Positions 10,583 to 23,827 of a DNA stretch of 64,000 nucleotides are shown here, one piece after another. Both the position numbers and the translations under genes were made by a program. Positions within the stretch are counted from its first letter, which is position 1. The number at the start of each line of letters is the position of its first letter. The notes beneath the pieces were generated by a model that saw only the letters and a program-made list of their open reading frames with translations, searched no databases and was not told where the DNA came from. Source of the stretch: the human T2T-CHM13v2.0 reference genome, Homo sapiens; the NCBI RefSeq assembly GCF_009914755.1, contig NC_060935.1; one strand, given 5' to 3'.

Positions 10583-13500
10583 TGGACTCAAATGTAGCAT
10601 GTCCAGGGCAGTGGTAACTGAGTTTGTGTGCTCGGCTGGGTGCATATGAAAATTTACATATAAGGCAAGCTAACCTTAATACGTCAAGTGAGTCCGATGG
10701 GCTGCCCCTCTCCTCTTTCTGTGTCCTCTGCTCTTTAGAAATACAATGAAAGGTTGTGCAATTGCATAGTAAATTTGAGTTTATTCTAGTATAAATTTTG
10801 GATGTTTTGAAGAATTGTTCGCTTGAACGATCTGGAATGGTTAAGTCACATGTTTACTTGATAATTTTGCAGTCTTCTGCCAGTTAAACTTGCAAGAGTC
10901 AAGGAATGGATAGGACTGGGTTTCTAACAAGATACCATCGGTTAAGAACAAAGAGCTACTTTACAAAAGCTAACATTGAAATCAAGTAGTATATATAATA
11001 TCTCTCACTAAGCAAATTAAGGTGCGCTTCCACAAAGTTGACTGTGAGCACAGTTATAGTGAGCCATATATTTTTGTTGATTTTCATTTGAAGACTGAGA
11101 ATGTGTGTTTTTAAACAGAATTTCACTGAATGTAATAAAGGCTATATAAGAATGTGGAAAACCTTTCACAACTCTAACCAAACCCTAGAAAGATTATTTT
11201 CTTTCAATAAATACTAGCATATTTAGAAATATTAATAACTGATAATTTGTTTTAAATCCAACAGAGTTATTAAAAACAGGGAATATAATCCAGACATTGT
11301 AGACGTGTGGGCTATGATTTATGTAAGTTTTTGAGTTACTATTCCCTCTATAAAGGTCTTAAAGATCTGCTAACCTAGCTAAGCTTCCATTAGTCTTTAA
11401 CTGTTTTCTTAAGTTAATGCTTTATGAACGCCCTCTTTCTTTCCCTAAATTGTTGAACCTGATAACTTCCTTCCAGATACCTTTATCTAGGATTTTTTTT
11501 TTAAAAATGGAATACCAGAAAATAGCAGGACATATTCTTGTTTAGTAAAGGAGTTTCCTCTAAGTCTTACAATGATAATTGATTAAACTAAGAATATGTT
11601 GATTTAACTGGTGACTGGTTTCTTGAGTTTGATAGTTCAAGAATTAAGATAGTAATTGCAAAGAAAAAAAAATCCCACATCAAAACTGAAAAAAAAATGA
11701 TGTGGGTGTGCTATTTGTAAGGGATGTGGGTGTTTACTGAAGGCAGCAATAAGAAGGAGAAATTAGTCTGTAGCACCCCCAAATTCCAAGTTTTGAACAG
11801 TGCTTCTGTTTGGAATCCATTTATCATTAATTGAATTCCTCAGATAGGTAATATGTAATTTAATGGAAGTAACCTATATCTGTATTTTTCTGTCACAAGG
11901 AACAATGTCTTAATTGCCTTTCAAAGTAAACAGCACCATTTTGTCACTCAAAAGCTAATCTTTAGACATGTTTTTGTTCACTACAGAACCCAGTTTCTCA
12001 AATTATAGAGAGCATTTTGTAAAATTTACACTGCTTAAATAATGGACTCTGGAATTTCTGATGCAACCACTTAATTTTTCAAGGTGATGAAGCCTCTGTT
12101 AAGTATGAGTTTGATAAATTTCTCATAATTTTGTCTTTAGTATTAAAGAACTGTGGCTGCTCTCCAGACTGAAAGTGGCTTCAATACTACTGGCAGGCTT
12201 CCAAAGACATTTTACAGACAGTCCTTTCTGACTTAGTGTAAAATAAGTGATTGAGTACCTGTTGCTAAAGAACGGGTTGCACTTTTAGGATCTTGAGCTT
12301 GTGATGGAGAGCAGAACCAATTGGCAGGCCAGGGAGAGAAGGGATCGCACCTGCCCCCGTCAGTCTGCGGGAAGAATCATAGACTAGGAGGAGACAAAGA
12401 CATCTTATAAAGGCTCTCCTGCACCAGTTCAGCATTGCTTTTTTGAGCACACACATGTTTTCTGGTGTCAAGATAAATATTTTAATGTAAATTCCATAAT
12501 TGATCATTTTTCAGTTTAGCAGTTATAACATATAGACTAAGGAATGTCTGGAACTTTAAAAGAAATGGCAGCACATTACAGGGAGCATTTTACTGATCTT
12601 AAAACTGGGTTACAAATTACACAAAATTGAAAACATTAATCACGTGGCTGTATAAAATGAAGTCATTTGAGCTTTTAATAAAAGTCACTAAGGTGAAAAT
12701 TCCTTTGGTTAAAAAGAAAGAATTCTAAGTAAAATTCGAAGAAGAAAATTTTTTACTTTTCATAATATACTCAGTGACTCTGAGCAATGCTGTAAGAGAT
12801 GGTCTTTTAGGAAGGAGGAAATGTCCAAGGACCTCTGAATCCTAATGATTAGGTTTCTATGAGCTCCAGAGTTTTCACTATTCGAAAACATTGTAGTGAA
12901 ACTATTTTTAACAATACAGGTAGATATGCTTACTACTTACTGTAGGGTAATAGAATACAGAAGTCAATCTGAAGGTCATAGTCCTGTTACCTCTAGCCTC
13001 TTTTGTTATTAACTCTTGGGGCCAAACCTTAAAACCATTTGCTGATGTAAAGGGATGTAAATTATTTGGCGTTGGCAGTGGTGCCATTATGCCCTTTCAT
13101 TTCATGTTGTTGAAATACTGTCTCTCAGCTGCAGATGCTCATTAGGAGCATTGCTTTTTGATGTTGGCCTGGGTGCCAAATGGCGGCCTTTCAGGCAGTT
13201 TCAATACGTTACATTTAAAACATGCTCAGGCCATGTCTACATGCAGCCACTGAGTTAACGGATTTTCAGTTGGGTAGACACACTTTTCCTTTCCTGCAGT
13301 ATTAATTTAGCTTCTAAGCAATTGGAGACTCCAAGAGGACTGCACTAAAAGGATAAGCTATTTGGTGTATCTTGTGTATGTGTGCTTTTGAAAAACAGAT
13401 TGTAATAAACCCATTATGCATTCTATTTTCTTCCATATATACGTAACACTTTCTTGAATTCAAAGATTGCATGGCTGATATGATTTAAAAGGCTTCTATG

Positions 13501-13859
13501 TAACCTATATTCCACTTCGTACTCTGAGGACTTTTTGATTTGTAGCTGCAAACATGGGTAACAGCTGATCTTCCGTTTTCTATTTGGCGTCATTCCTGAG
13601 ATAAGGTGTAAAATGCCTTTTGTTGTACATTAATCACCTCCTTTGGTATCTGATTACCTCATCATTTAAGAATATTCATAGTAATGTCACACTGTTTGAG
13701 ATTGTGTTACATTAGGTATTCTCTTAAATAGTTGATCAAATATGTTTATTGAGTGCCAGCTTTTTATCATCTGCTCTGTGGGGAATTAAAAGGAGTGAGA
13801 TGACATAATTTCTGCTGTCAGGGAACCTTGGGAGTAGTAGAGACTAGAGATTAAGAGAG

Positions 13860-14050
13860 GTAGATAACCCTGGGTTGAAACCCCAGACATATCCCTTACT
13901 AGCTGTCTGATCTCAGACAAATGATTTAACTCCTTCAAGTTTCAGTTTCCTCTTCCGTGAGATCGGAAAATTAGTAATGCCTACTTGTTAGAGTTATAAA
14001 TATTTTAGAGATCTTAGGACTTCAGTGCATGTAGGCAGTGTTCATTAGTG
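13860..14050 (+). mobile_element. MIR SINE
   Basis: MIR core: cttactagctgtctgatctcagacaaatgatttaact...tcagtttcctcttccgtgaga. Confidence 0.7.
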
Positions 14051-14267
14051 AGCAAGAAGGATATATATGGATCTGGAAAAAATAATTATTTAGACATAGT
14101 GCCCTCTTTTTAGAAGGATTTTAAAAAGGGTATTATGATACACAGGACTCCTTCAGAGATTAGAACTAGGCTTAAAAAATTGGTCACTAAATATGCCTGC
14201 AATTCCATGTTGGTTGTGAATACTTCAGAGAAAAAAATGGCCTGATTATAAGGTTGAAAACCATCAG

Positions 14268-14480
14268 CACAAGGGTGGATCTAGGTCTTGTTGGGCCTGA
14301 AGGGTATATAATTTTGAGGGCCTTCTTTAAGGAAAATACAAAACTCTTCTTGCTTTTGCGAAGGTTAGTTGAATACATGACCATGAGAACACATTGCCAA
14401 GTCCCAGTCCCCCAGAGCCTTGGAAGGAGTCCATGCAGTTGAGGAACCCTGAAAACTTCTGGTCCTTCTTTAGCAACTAT
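14268..14480. mobile_element. hAT-type DNA transposon fossil (family not assigned)
   Basis: agggtggatctaggtcttgttgggcctgaag...aattttgagggccttctttaagg resembles a recalled MER/hAT terminal sequence. Confidence 0.4.
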
Positions 14481-14944
14481 CCTTTGGTCCACTTGGACCC
14501 ACTTGCTTGGGAATATAAACTAATCGTTCCAGTTTATTAAACGTGGACCTCATAGAGGTTGTATGTGTAGTGCTTTGAAGATTAGAATCATATATTGAAG
14601 TCAAAGTCATTTTTAGAAAGAAGTATTTCACTTTTATTTGACAGAAGATCTTAAATGAGATCTGAGCTGATTTGATATTTGTCACTGCCGATATTCTTGT
14701 AAATTACTAACTAGAAGAAAATAAAGCAATTGCTATTATTATTCAAATGAGTGAGATGTAAGTGCCCGATTGGCAGGGCAAGAAGTAGTTTTGCCAGCTA
14801 AAGGCATATGATATTGGAGAGGAGACTGAAGATTTTGTTTTAGCTATCTAAAAGGAGATAAACTGGATATATAATACCAATAATTATATCTTAATCATCA
14901 CGTTATGGTTTACAAAACACTTTGATATGTGCTTAATCTTCACA

Positions 14945-15140
14945 CTAATTATTTAGTAAATATTGACTGAGTACGTGCTCTGTGCTGGGTGCTGGGAATA
15001 CAGCGGTGAACTAAACGTACATCGTCCCTGTTTTCATGGAGTTTCCAGTCTAGTAGTACAGAGAAATATAGACATTAAAAAGTAACACATACATTTATAA
15101 TTACATATTCAGATTCAAGTCTAAGAAAAACCCAGGATGA
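14945..15140 (-). mobile_element. L2 3' end
   Basis: atttagtaaatattgactgagtacgtgctctgtgctgggtgctgggaatacagcggtgaac is a reverse-strand L2 tail. Confidence 0.75.
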
Positions 15141-15974
15141 GAGATTATCAAGGGGGATTGGGTGGTTGGGGAGGTGAAGATGTAACATTTAAACAACTGT
15201 GAAATAGGAAGAACAGATGGTATTCTCATTTTAGGGCATGGTTGATTGACTACTTAATTCAACAAACATTGAATTACAACAAACATTCCTGAATTCCTTA
15301 ACTCAACAAACCTTTGTGAAGTCTGGAGAAGGTCAGATAGCTTCAGGAATCGTGTGGAGTTTCACGTTATGAAGTCCAGGAAAATAATACATCTGCCTTT
15401 AGAGCTTACCACCTGGAAGGAGGGGAGACAGACATACTATACTTATAAACAGAGGCATGAAGTAAATGCTGTTGGGCCACAAGAAAGGAAGCAATTAATT
15501 CTGCCTGGGACTCCCTCGAGCTGGGCTTGGGGAAGAATTGCTTTCATTAGATGGAGCAGGAAGAAGGGGTGATCTGGGCAGAGCAGACACCCTGAGCAGT
15601 GGTTGAGATCTGAATCTGGTTGTACATGGGGAACAGTGTGAGAGTAGTGGGGAGGAGTAGCCAGAGATAAGGAGAAAAAAAAATTCTGCAAGTCCAGATT
15701 GTAAGTCTTTAAATGGAAACTGAGACTGAGAAAGGTTAAATGACTTAGGCAGGTGGAGCTGGGACTGCAACTTACGTTCGTTGTCTGAATTTTATCCTTT
15801 TCTAAGGCAAGGATAATTTGAATATATATAGCATCTGAATACATGCCAAGCAAACAGGAATTCCTGTGGCTTCTGGACTGAGTCTGACCAAAGTGTGGGA
15901 GGAGTGATGGGGAGGAAGGGCACTATTCAGAGCTGTGGTCTGAAGGAACCGTCCTGCCATTCTGCAAGTTGCTG

Positions 15975-16085
15975 TCGTTCTGAGCCTGTTTCCCCATCTG
16001 TAAAATGGGGTTAATGACACTTCCCTTGTGGGTCTTGGTGAGCTGAAATAAAACCACATATGTAAAGCAGATATAAAGTATGTAC
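15975..16085 (+). mobile_element. MIR fragment
   Basis: tctgagcctgtttccccatctgtaaaatggggttaatgac. Confidence 0.75.
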
Positions 16086-16934
16086 TCATTATGTGCTTTA
16101 AAAAAGTTCCCTGTGGTCAGATATTTTATTTGAAATGTTTGTTTAAAAAGGTGTACAGTACTCTGAATATGATGTGCAAAGTTCTGTGCTAGAGGCTTAG
16201 AGGAAAAACAAAATAAATTTAAGGTTACTATACTGACCCTTTCAGGTGGTTGGAGAGGAAGCACTTTTGCTTAGTTCAAGCTGCGAAGAAATCATGAAAG
16301 ATATTATATCAGTAAGTGCCCGAATGAAGCAGGCAGGTAAAAACTGGGAAAATTGAGAGGCAAAAATCATGTCTATTAGTTTTAATGTCTGGGGGAAAAA
16401 AGAGGTATAGAAAAGCTAGAACTGACCTGGACCTCCACAGATATGAAGGTAAATAGGGAGAGAGGGCCTGTTTTCCTATAGGATGAGGTGGATCTGGCCA
16501 AAGAATTGCTATTGAAGAGCAGTTAAAGGCTGGAACTTGGGGCAAGCCATATTTAAATCTTAAATGTCAGACAAAGGAGAGGAGTCCTGCTGGAGATGAC
16601 AGAGAAATTAAAAATATATATATATGTTTAAGAGGATAGTTAACAATAGCAACTGAGCGTGTGCTGCCTCAGGCTCTATGTTTGGGACTAGCTGGGAATT
16701 AGCAGAGAGTTAAGTAGGAACAAATTCATATAGTTCATTGCAGCACTAAAAGGGAATTCTGGTTTTATATAGCATCCACTATGGTGGTCGGACAAAATGA
16801 AGGGCTAACGAAGGGATTTTTATTGCTGTATGAAACATCAACTAGATGATACTAGGAGAAGGGAGGCTAGTGAAGTCCAATGAAAGTATCTTGCTTAATC
16901 AGTAGGAACACCTGTATGCGGGGAAAGGACACCA

Positions 16935-17100
16935 TTGGGCTTAGATTCGAAAGATCTGGGTTCAAGAAGTTGCTCTGCTACTAACTAGCCAAGTGAATTT
17001 ATATCAGTTATGTAACCTCTTTGAACTGTAACTTCCGCAATCGAATATAAGAACAAAATAAGATAATATATGGGAAATGCATTGTAAATGAAATATTTCA
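16935..17100 (+). mobile_element. MIR fragment
   Basis: gatctgggttcaag...ctctgctactaactagc...ttatgtaacctctttgaac. Confidence 0.55.
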
Positions 17101-17383
17101 CAGCTATACATTTTATTAGTAGACATGTTGCTGAAAAATAAAAATCAAATTTTATGTACTGCTAGAGGTGCTTGTTTGATTAAAGAAACCCAACTATGAT
17201 ATATTTTCTAAAGCAGGAAATTTTGGAAAGATACACTTGTAATGATTTTGGATAAGGATAAAGGGGGCATAGCTGAGATGTTAGAAATAACAAAGCAACC
17301 AAGGGTAGATGATAGATCCCAAATGGTAGATGACTGAGAGGGAGAAAGATCTTTGAAGTTACAAACTCGAGGAAATTAAATAA
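17100..17383 (+). repeat. Local duplication, copy A (~285 bp)
   Basis: Aligns collinearly with 18228-18518. Confidence 0.93.
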
Positions 17384-17644
17384 TCATGGTACTGTAAATA
17401 TGATGGAGAAATTAAGAGACAGGTTAGGTTTTAGAAAAAGTTTGGGCCTCCTAATACCTTAACTTGTAGGTCAGTATTTTTCAAACTATGGATGATGAAA
17501 TCTGTTTAACGGGCTTCCATATATATTAAGAAAGAAGTAAGAGAGGAAGGAAAAAGGGGAGGAAGGAGGGAGAGAAGGAGGGAAGAAGTGGAAAAAGAGA
17601 GTGTGTTTTATATAAGGGTAAGTACTGCTTTGAGTACTTCAATT

Positions 17645-17690
17645 TCTCTCTCTCTCTCTCTCTGTCTCTGTCTCTCTCTCTCTCTCTCTG
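17645..17690. repeat. (TC)n microsatellite
   Basis: tctctctc... with tg interruptions. Confidence 0.95.
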
Positions 17691-17969
17691 TGTAATATGT
17701 AACTTGGTTGTAATGGAAAATACATTCTTTTGGCTCAGGTCAAAAGAGTTTGGAAGCTACTGTCATCGAAGGAAGAATGTGGGATCAAAGAGAGGGTGAA
17801 GCAGTCTGTAGTGGAGTAAGAGTACGTCAGAAGGTATAGAATAGAAACTGAATGGGTTGTGAGGGTGGGGAGGAAGAAATGACAGCAAAGTTACGTATTG
17901 AGCATCTAAGCAGTCAGTTAACGACAGGGTGTGAAAAAAACAAAACAAATCAAACTCTAAATGTTATAC

Positions 17970-18080
17970 CTTTTTTTGAAATGGTATCTCACTGTGTTGC
18001 CCAGACTGGCCTCAAACTCCTGGGCTCCTGCCTCAGCCTCCTGAGTTGCTGGGACTGAAGGTGCACATCATTGTGCCCTA
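17970..18080 (-). mobile_element. Alu monomer fragment (FLAM/AluJ-like)
   Basis: ttttttttgaaatggtatctcactgtgttgcccagactggcctcaaactcctgggctc. Confidence 0.8.
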
Positions 18081-18227
18081 AATATGGTACCTTGACCTTA
18101 CAGATCTTACTGTCTGTTTGGGAATGAAAAGATAACTGGGAATACCAGGTAGCATCTACAGCCAAAATATGAGGCACTTAATGTTTCAGAGTCAGGATAA
18201 ATATTGCCTGGGAACCAGAGGGTGGTT

Positions 18228-18518
18228 ACAGCTGTACATTCTATTAGTAGACATGTAGCTGAAAATTATATAAAAATCAAATTTTGTGTACTGCCAGAGG
18301 TCCTTGTTAGATTAAAGAAACCCAACTGTGGTATATTTTTTAAAGCAGATAATTTTGGAAAGACACACTTGTAATGACTTTGGATAAGGATAAAAGGGGC
18401 ATAGCTGAGATGTTAGAAATAACAAAGCAACCAGCAAGGGTGGATGATGGATCCCAAATGGTAGACGACGGAGAGAGAGAAAGCTCTTTAAAGTTATAAG
18501 CTTGAGGGAATGAAATAA
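18228..18518 (+). repeat. Local duplication, copy B (~290 bp)
   Basis: Aligns collinearly with 17100-17383. Confidence 0.93.
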
Positions 18519-19914
18519 ATATGCAGACACTGGAGAATTCACACAACTTTAGGTGAGAGTTGAAGGAGACTTTGAAGGAAGAATTTATCTCCGCTGAGAG
18601 GAAGGGTTGATGAGGTAAGTATGTGTGTTCCATGTTTGGGAGGTGAATGGAGGAATCCCAGTTAAAGAGACTAGGAAGACTCAAAGATGGTAGTAATCTA
18701 TATTTTTATATGTTCAGTGGAGAGAAAAACACCATGAGTTATGGTCAGTACTTTGCGGGGTTTTTATCACGCCCACAAGTATTTATGTGGCAGTGTTTAT
18801 GTAGCACACAGAATGATATCTTGCCTATAATTCAGAAGGTAATAGTGAACAAATGAAGAGAACCAGAGCTTAGTGGCACAAAAGCCTAGGTTAGAAAAGT
18901 ATAATAAAGTGAAGTGAAAGAAAGTTGGAAACAAATAATATATATAGGTATAATCCCAATCTTGTTAAAAAACGTCTTTCACTCACCCTGTAATCAAGAC
19001 TGGAAGACGGTAAATCACTATTTATGTTGTCTGAGTTTTTGATAATGAGCACATATTGCTTTGCAAAACAAATAGTGCAGTAAAAACAAGGGCAGCAGTA
19101 CTAAGGGTGGTTAAAAGTATAAAGTAGGTGAGAATTAAGTAGAAACTTGGGATTTGTGTCAGAGGAGAGTAGTGATGTCAGAGGGATTTCAGTTGAATGG
19201 TGAAATTCAAGTTCTTTATTTAGAGTCAAAGACTGAGGAAGAGCTGATGTCCAGGACACTTGGCAAAGAAAGAAGGAAAGGAGGGCTGCTAGTTTGGGTG
19301 ACGGCTTCATCGTGAAGCTTCCTGGGCGCATTGAACTATGCATCACCACGGAAAAGAGCCAGAGGGAGGGGAGAGGTGATGAGCAACCTTTGCAAAGGAC
19401 AACAGGACAATTTTATGCCAGAGGAAATGAATAAAGTTAAGGGTTTTCCCCAGTGACTTCATTTATCATATGAGTTGATTATTTTTAGATTCAGTTTTGT
19501 CTTCTTACCTCATTGCCTGTGGTGTTCATACATTTATTTCTAGACCTTTAAAAAATGTTTCTATAGCAAAATCTTTTGAAGCTTGTTCTGCATGTCACAA
19601 ATTGGATGTGCTGTTTTTATCAGATCAGCACAGGAGTGATTGATTACTTTTCTAATGTTCGTTTAGTCATTTTCAATTTGAGTGTCCATTCTGTTCACAT
19701 GAGAGGCTGCCAGTCACCAGTTAAGCTGCAATTGCTATATGAGAATTGGACTTACAGTACTCCATAAAGGTGTACTTTAAGCAGCCTTAAAGGCCTGTTA
19801 TCAAGGGCATAAGAAGATGGAAATCCAATGAAAGCTCTTTGGTTTGGGTACATAATTATAAATTATCTTTCTTTCTTTCTGAATTTAGTATCTCCTTTTG
19901 GTGTTGGAGGCAGT

Positions 19915-20130
19915 GCATACTGCACAGGGTGCCCCATGGACCTTTGGTATCAAACCCACATTTCGAACTGTGACTCTCCTGCTTTTCATGACCTTGAGCC
20001 AGTTATTTAATCTCCAACGGTCAGTTTATTTATCTGTGAATCAGGGATAATACCTAACTAATAGGGTTATTGTGAGGATGAAATGAGGTAGTTTATACAA
20101 CTGTCTGGCACATAGTGAGCTCAGCAATTT
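19915..20130 (+). mobile_element. MIR SINE
   Basis: tgaccttgagccagttatttaatctcc...tatctgtgaatcagggataatacc...gggttattgtgaggatgaaatgag...tggcacatagtgagctcagcaa. Confidence 0.75.
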
Positions 20131-21229
20131 TTTCCCATATCCTTTCTTTCTGCTAAAGTTCACAGTGAAGGGATATACAATTCGCGTTGGATTTAAGTAT
20201 TGATTCTAATGAGAATCACATTTTCCATTTATTTTTCATGTTCTGAGAGTTCAGGATCACTGTGAATTGCAACTGAGTTGGAAATGCCATGCTTCATTGT
20301 GGAGCTGTTTTACCTCCTATGAAAGCAAAGCCTAGTAGATCTTGATTTTGACAAAAGTAATAGTTAAAAAATTAAAAGTGGTTTATCTAGATTCTCCTTT
20401 CCATTTGCATAGGGTTAATATCAAATCTGTCAATTCACTATAATGGTTGAGCCATAAAATTTAGTGTATTTAAATAATGGTTGCTGCTAAAGATCATATT
20501 GGTGACACTTCATTAATCTGGAAGTCACTTAATCTGGAAGTCACTTACCTGGCAACCCTGATTCTTTGAAACATGAAGAATGAAGAAGTAACGGAAAGAG
20601 GCCTCTGAAGAGCTAGCATAGCATCTTTTTCTTTCTTGATGCAATATCTTTCATATCGCTGAGGAGTTCATAACATTTCTCTTGCTTCTTGTCTCTTTTT
20701 GTCTGAATTCCTCTTTATTATGTTTGCTGTTGTATCTCCTTTTGTGTTTCATGTTGTTTCATTTAACTCCTCAAATTCTAATGATCCCTGGCTGCCTATT
20801 AGTAAAGAGTGAGACCCTGAAGAGCTGTGGGGCTCAGTGTGGGATGTCACACACTGAAAGACTGTGCAGAAACTTGGTTTATTGGGTGGGGGACATCCAT
20901 GTATATTCATGAGTACTTACATTTTCTTTTGGACTGATTGACTTAAGAGAATCCAAAATTTTGCAGCAGGCACGGTATAAGTCCAACTACTATTTTTCTC
21001 TAAGCTGAATAAGAAATGGATTGGGGGTAATTTTTTCTTCTGTAGTCTAGACTTCATTTAATTCTCCTATTTTCAGTAGGGTGCTTCTGCCCTCAACAAA
21101 GTCTGGTATATGCAAGGACAAAGTGCATCTGGTTCAATCTCTCTATTTATAAAAATTGAGCCTTCTGCTGAGGTGAGGGGAGTATGGGAGAAGAGACATA
21201 TGGCTGCCACCCTCCTGTAGCTTACAGTT

Positions 21230-21268
21230 TGTGTGTGTGTGTGTGTGTGTATGTATGTGTGTGTGTGT
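21230..21268. repeat. (TG)n microsatellite
   Basis: tgtgtg... with a tatg interruption. Confidence 0.95.
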
Positions 21269-23769
21269 TTGAATTAGTGGTATCAGAGGCTCTATTGACT
21301 TTAATTTTGGAGCAGACTCAGAACCCACTGATGACCTATCTCCTTCAGGGTTTCTAATTGCTAAAGTCCAAAGCGGGCTTTTAAAATCTTTTTTGAAGTC
21401 TTTTATCTTGCACGTTTTAGGGTAGGATCGTTGAGACTGAAAGAAGCTTGCAGTTCTTAAAGGAAAAGGGACATGCTCTAGGGGTGCATCAAAGGCAAAA
21501 ACCCGAACAGAGGAATGTTCAGACAACTTCAAGGGATTGACAATTTAAAGAGTTTTGAGGAAACTTTTCTGAACTGAAGCATTCTCAAGAGATTCCAAGG
21601 TGGCCTGAGATTCCACATTTCTTTGATAGAAAGACGTGGACTTGGCAGTGATTTTGCAAATCAGAACAAGAACAATTTTATGAACACATTGGCAAGTGGC
21701 CATGTCTCAGACTTGTTGGGTAGTTAAATGTCCACTAGAAACATTGACTTAATCCAGTATTTATGAAATAACTCCCGTATTCTATGTAGTTGGTCTAGGA
21801 ATTGGAGGTGAAAGATGAATACCATTCAGCTTTGTGAAAAATTCTAGACCACGTTCAAAAAGTTTTTTGTTTATACTTGTAATATTTATGCCTGTGGAAT
21901 GACACAAAAGACAATCTTGAAATGTCAGAAAATGATAAATAAGAGTTATTTGTTATTTTCTCAGCATTTTTTTCCTTTTGTGTGTGTAAGTGAAAGTTAC
22001 TCATCACGTTTAAAATTTAAAATTTTCATCAAAGAAAACCATCTGTCATAATGAAGTAAAAAAGGGACATTATGTGATTTTCTTTGAAGATAAGGGATTG
22101 AAAGTGAGTCAGTTAACTGCCCTAGGTTACCATTTGAGGTCATTTTGAACTAAATTGGCTTTGGAATCAGAATTTAAATTACCAGTCAGACTCAATTAAG
22201 ATAACTGGTCATGAAGGCAGTTCATTCGCCTGCCTTCCTTCTTATAAAAAGAATATTTTTATTATTTGTATTCCTTTATAGCCAAGTTAGACATATGCAT
22301 TATTTTTGAGAATATAAACATTTCACACAATAATTGATTTAGGCATTTAAGGGTAGTTTTGTATCTAAATAGGAAACCAGAAAAATCATTCACTATTTTG
22401 TGTTCTAGTGATATTCACAGTAGATACTTTTGAAGTCACTGGGAGGTAAATCAATATATTACTGAGTTATATTTTTGCTGCCCTGTGCAATATTAAGAGA
22501 ATAGCTTTCACAAACAAACCCCAGTTAAAGTTATTTAGTCACAATAATAAAAGTACAATTGGACATATTTTAAGAAAACATAAATTATAAATATGTGCAG
22601 TTATTTTAACAATTTATGAATGTATTTCTAAATACTAAACTTTTTGTTTGTGATAAGTGAGTATAAAAATATATATACAATTATATACTCTTAACTTGCT
22701 CAACATGAGAGATTTAAAATGATGAGTTCCACTGTGAGTTTAATCTTCACTTTCATCTTTTTATTTATTTATAGACTGGAACAAATAAATCAATTTTTTA
22801 ATTATAAATTTTTAGTAATTGAAAATTATTAAATGTACAAAGGAGGAGAACTTTTAGAATTTAGAAGTACAAAGGAGGAAAACAATTTAAACCTACAGAT
22901 TGATTTGGTGGGATTGGTTGTATGTCTGCGGCTGTCTGGAGAATCCAGGTGCTTAAGTGCCTTGGACTAGCTGGACACTGAAACTTCACAGGGAAACAAA
23001 AATGTCTGGAATGACTTGTTGATGTTCTTGAAATGATGCTAATATCTATTCTATAAAACCTGAAGGTATGTAGATATTATTGTCTGTTTCGAGTCATGTA
23101 TCTTGGGATTTGGGACTGTTGGAGAGAAGATCGGTTTGATTTAGACCATGATAGGTATTGATCTATATATATTTTTGAAATATTTTGGCTAAAATGCAAT
23201 TTGATGTGGTAAGTCTTATCCATATCTAACATTTTATCTTAAAACTATATCTGTAGAAGTTGTTTTTTAAAAAGAACAGAAAAATCGAGTTGCATTTTGG
23301 TGTTTAATGCATTGATTTTAAAAAATTATATTCAGAGCAAAATGTTTGAGTTTTCAATGATTTTTTCCTTAAAGCATTAGGTGCAAACGTCAGGTAATTC
23401 TATGATTAGAATTGTGTCGTGATACTTTGTGGGTGAAGACAGTCCAAAACCAAAAATGATGAGACAAGTGAAATCTTTATTAAGGAAGGCCTAACAGCTG
23501 TATCAGATAAGTTTGCTTTTTCTTGGAAACTTTGGTAAAAAAAAAAATCACCTGGGAAATAATGTGATTAGAGATGCTTCTTAAATGTGCATATGTGTTT
23601 AGTCTGTTCTACAAAGATATTATTTTCTTTGTAGCATTGTTTTATTGAACAAATTTTGTTAAATTTTCTATTAAAATAGTCTTATAGTGATTTAATAACA
23701 ATTTGGAAAAGTCGCAATCTTTATAAGCATATGTGTAAGTGAGATGGATTACTATTAAAATGCAATTTC

Positions 23770-23827
23770 TAGTATTATAGCTCTTTTATAATTTGTCTAG
23801 CAGATTTTCTGGTTTTCACCACGAAAG
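23770..23827 (+). pseudogene. U7 snRNA pseudogene (RNU7-type)
   Basis: tagtattatagctcttttataatttgtctagcagattttctggttttcaccacgaaag aligns with U7 (CAGTGTTACAGCTCTTTTAGAATTTGTCTAGTAGGCTTTCTGGCTTTTTACCGGAAAG); U7-type Sm site AATTTGTCTAG intact at 23790-23800; 3' hairpin degenerate. Confidence 0.9.

Noticed and set aside
13072-13180. Canonical NFI palindromes
   Set aside because: The spacer between TTGGC and GCCA(A) is 6 nt rather than the required 5, so these count only as half-sites
17100-18518. Direct repeats as paired LTRs of a small retroelement
   Set aside because: No TG...CA termini, primer-binding site or shared TSD seen; the spacer is a mix of unrelated repeats
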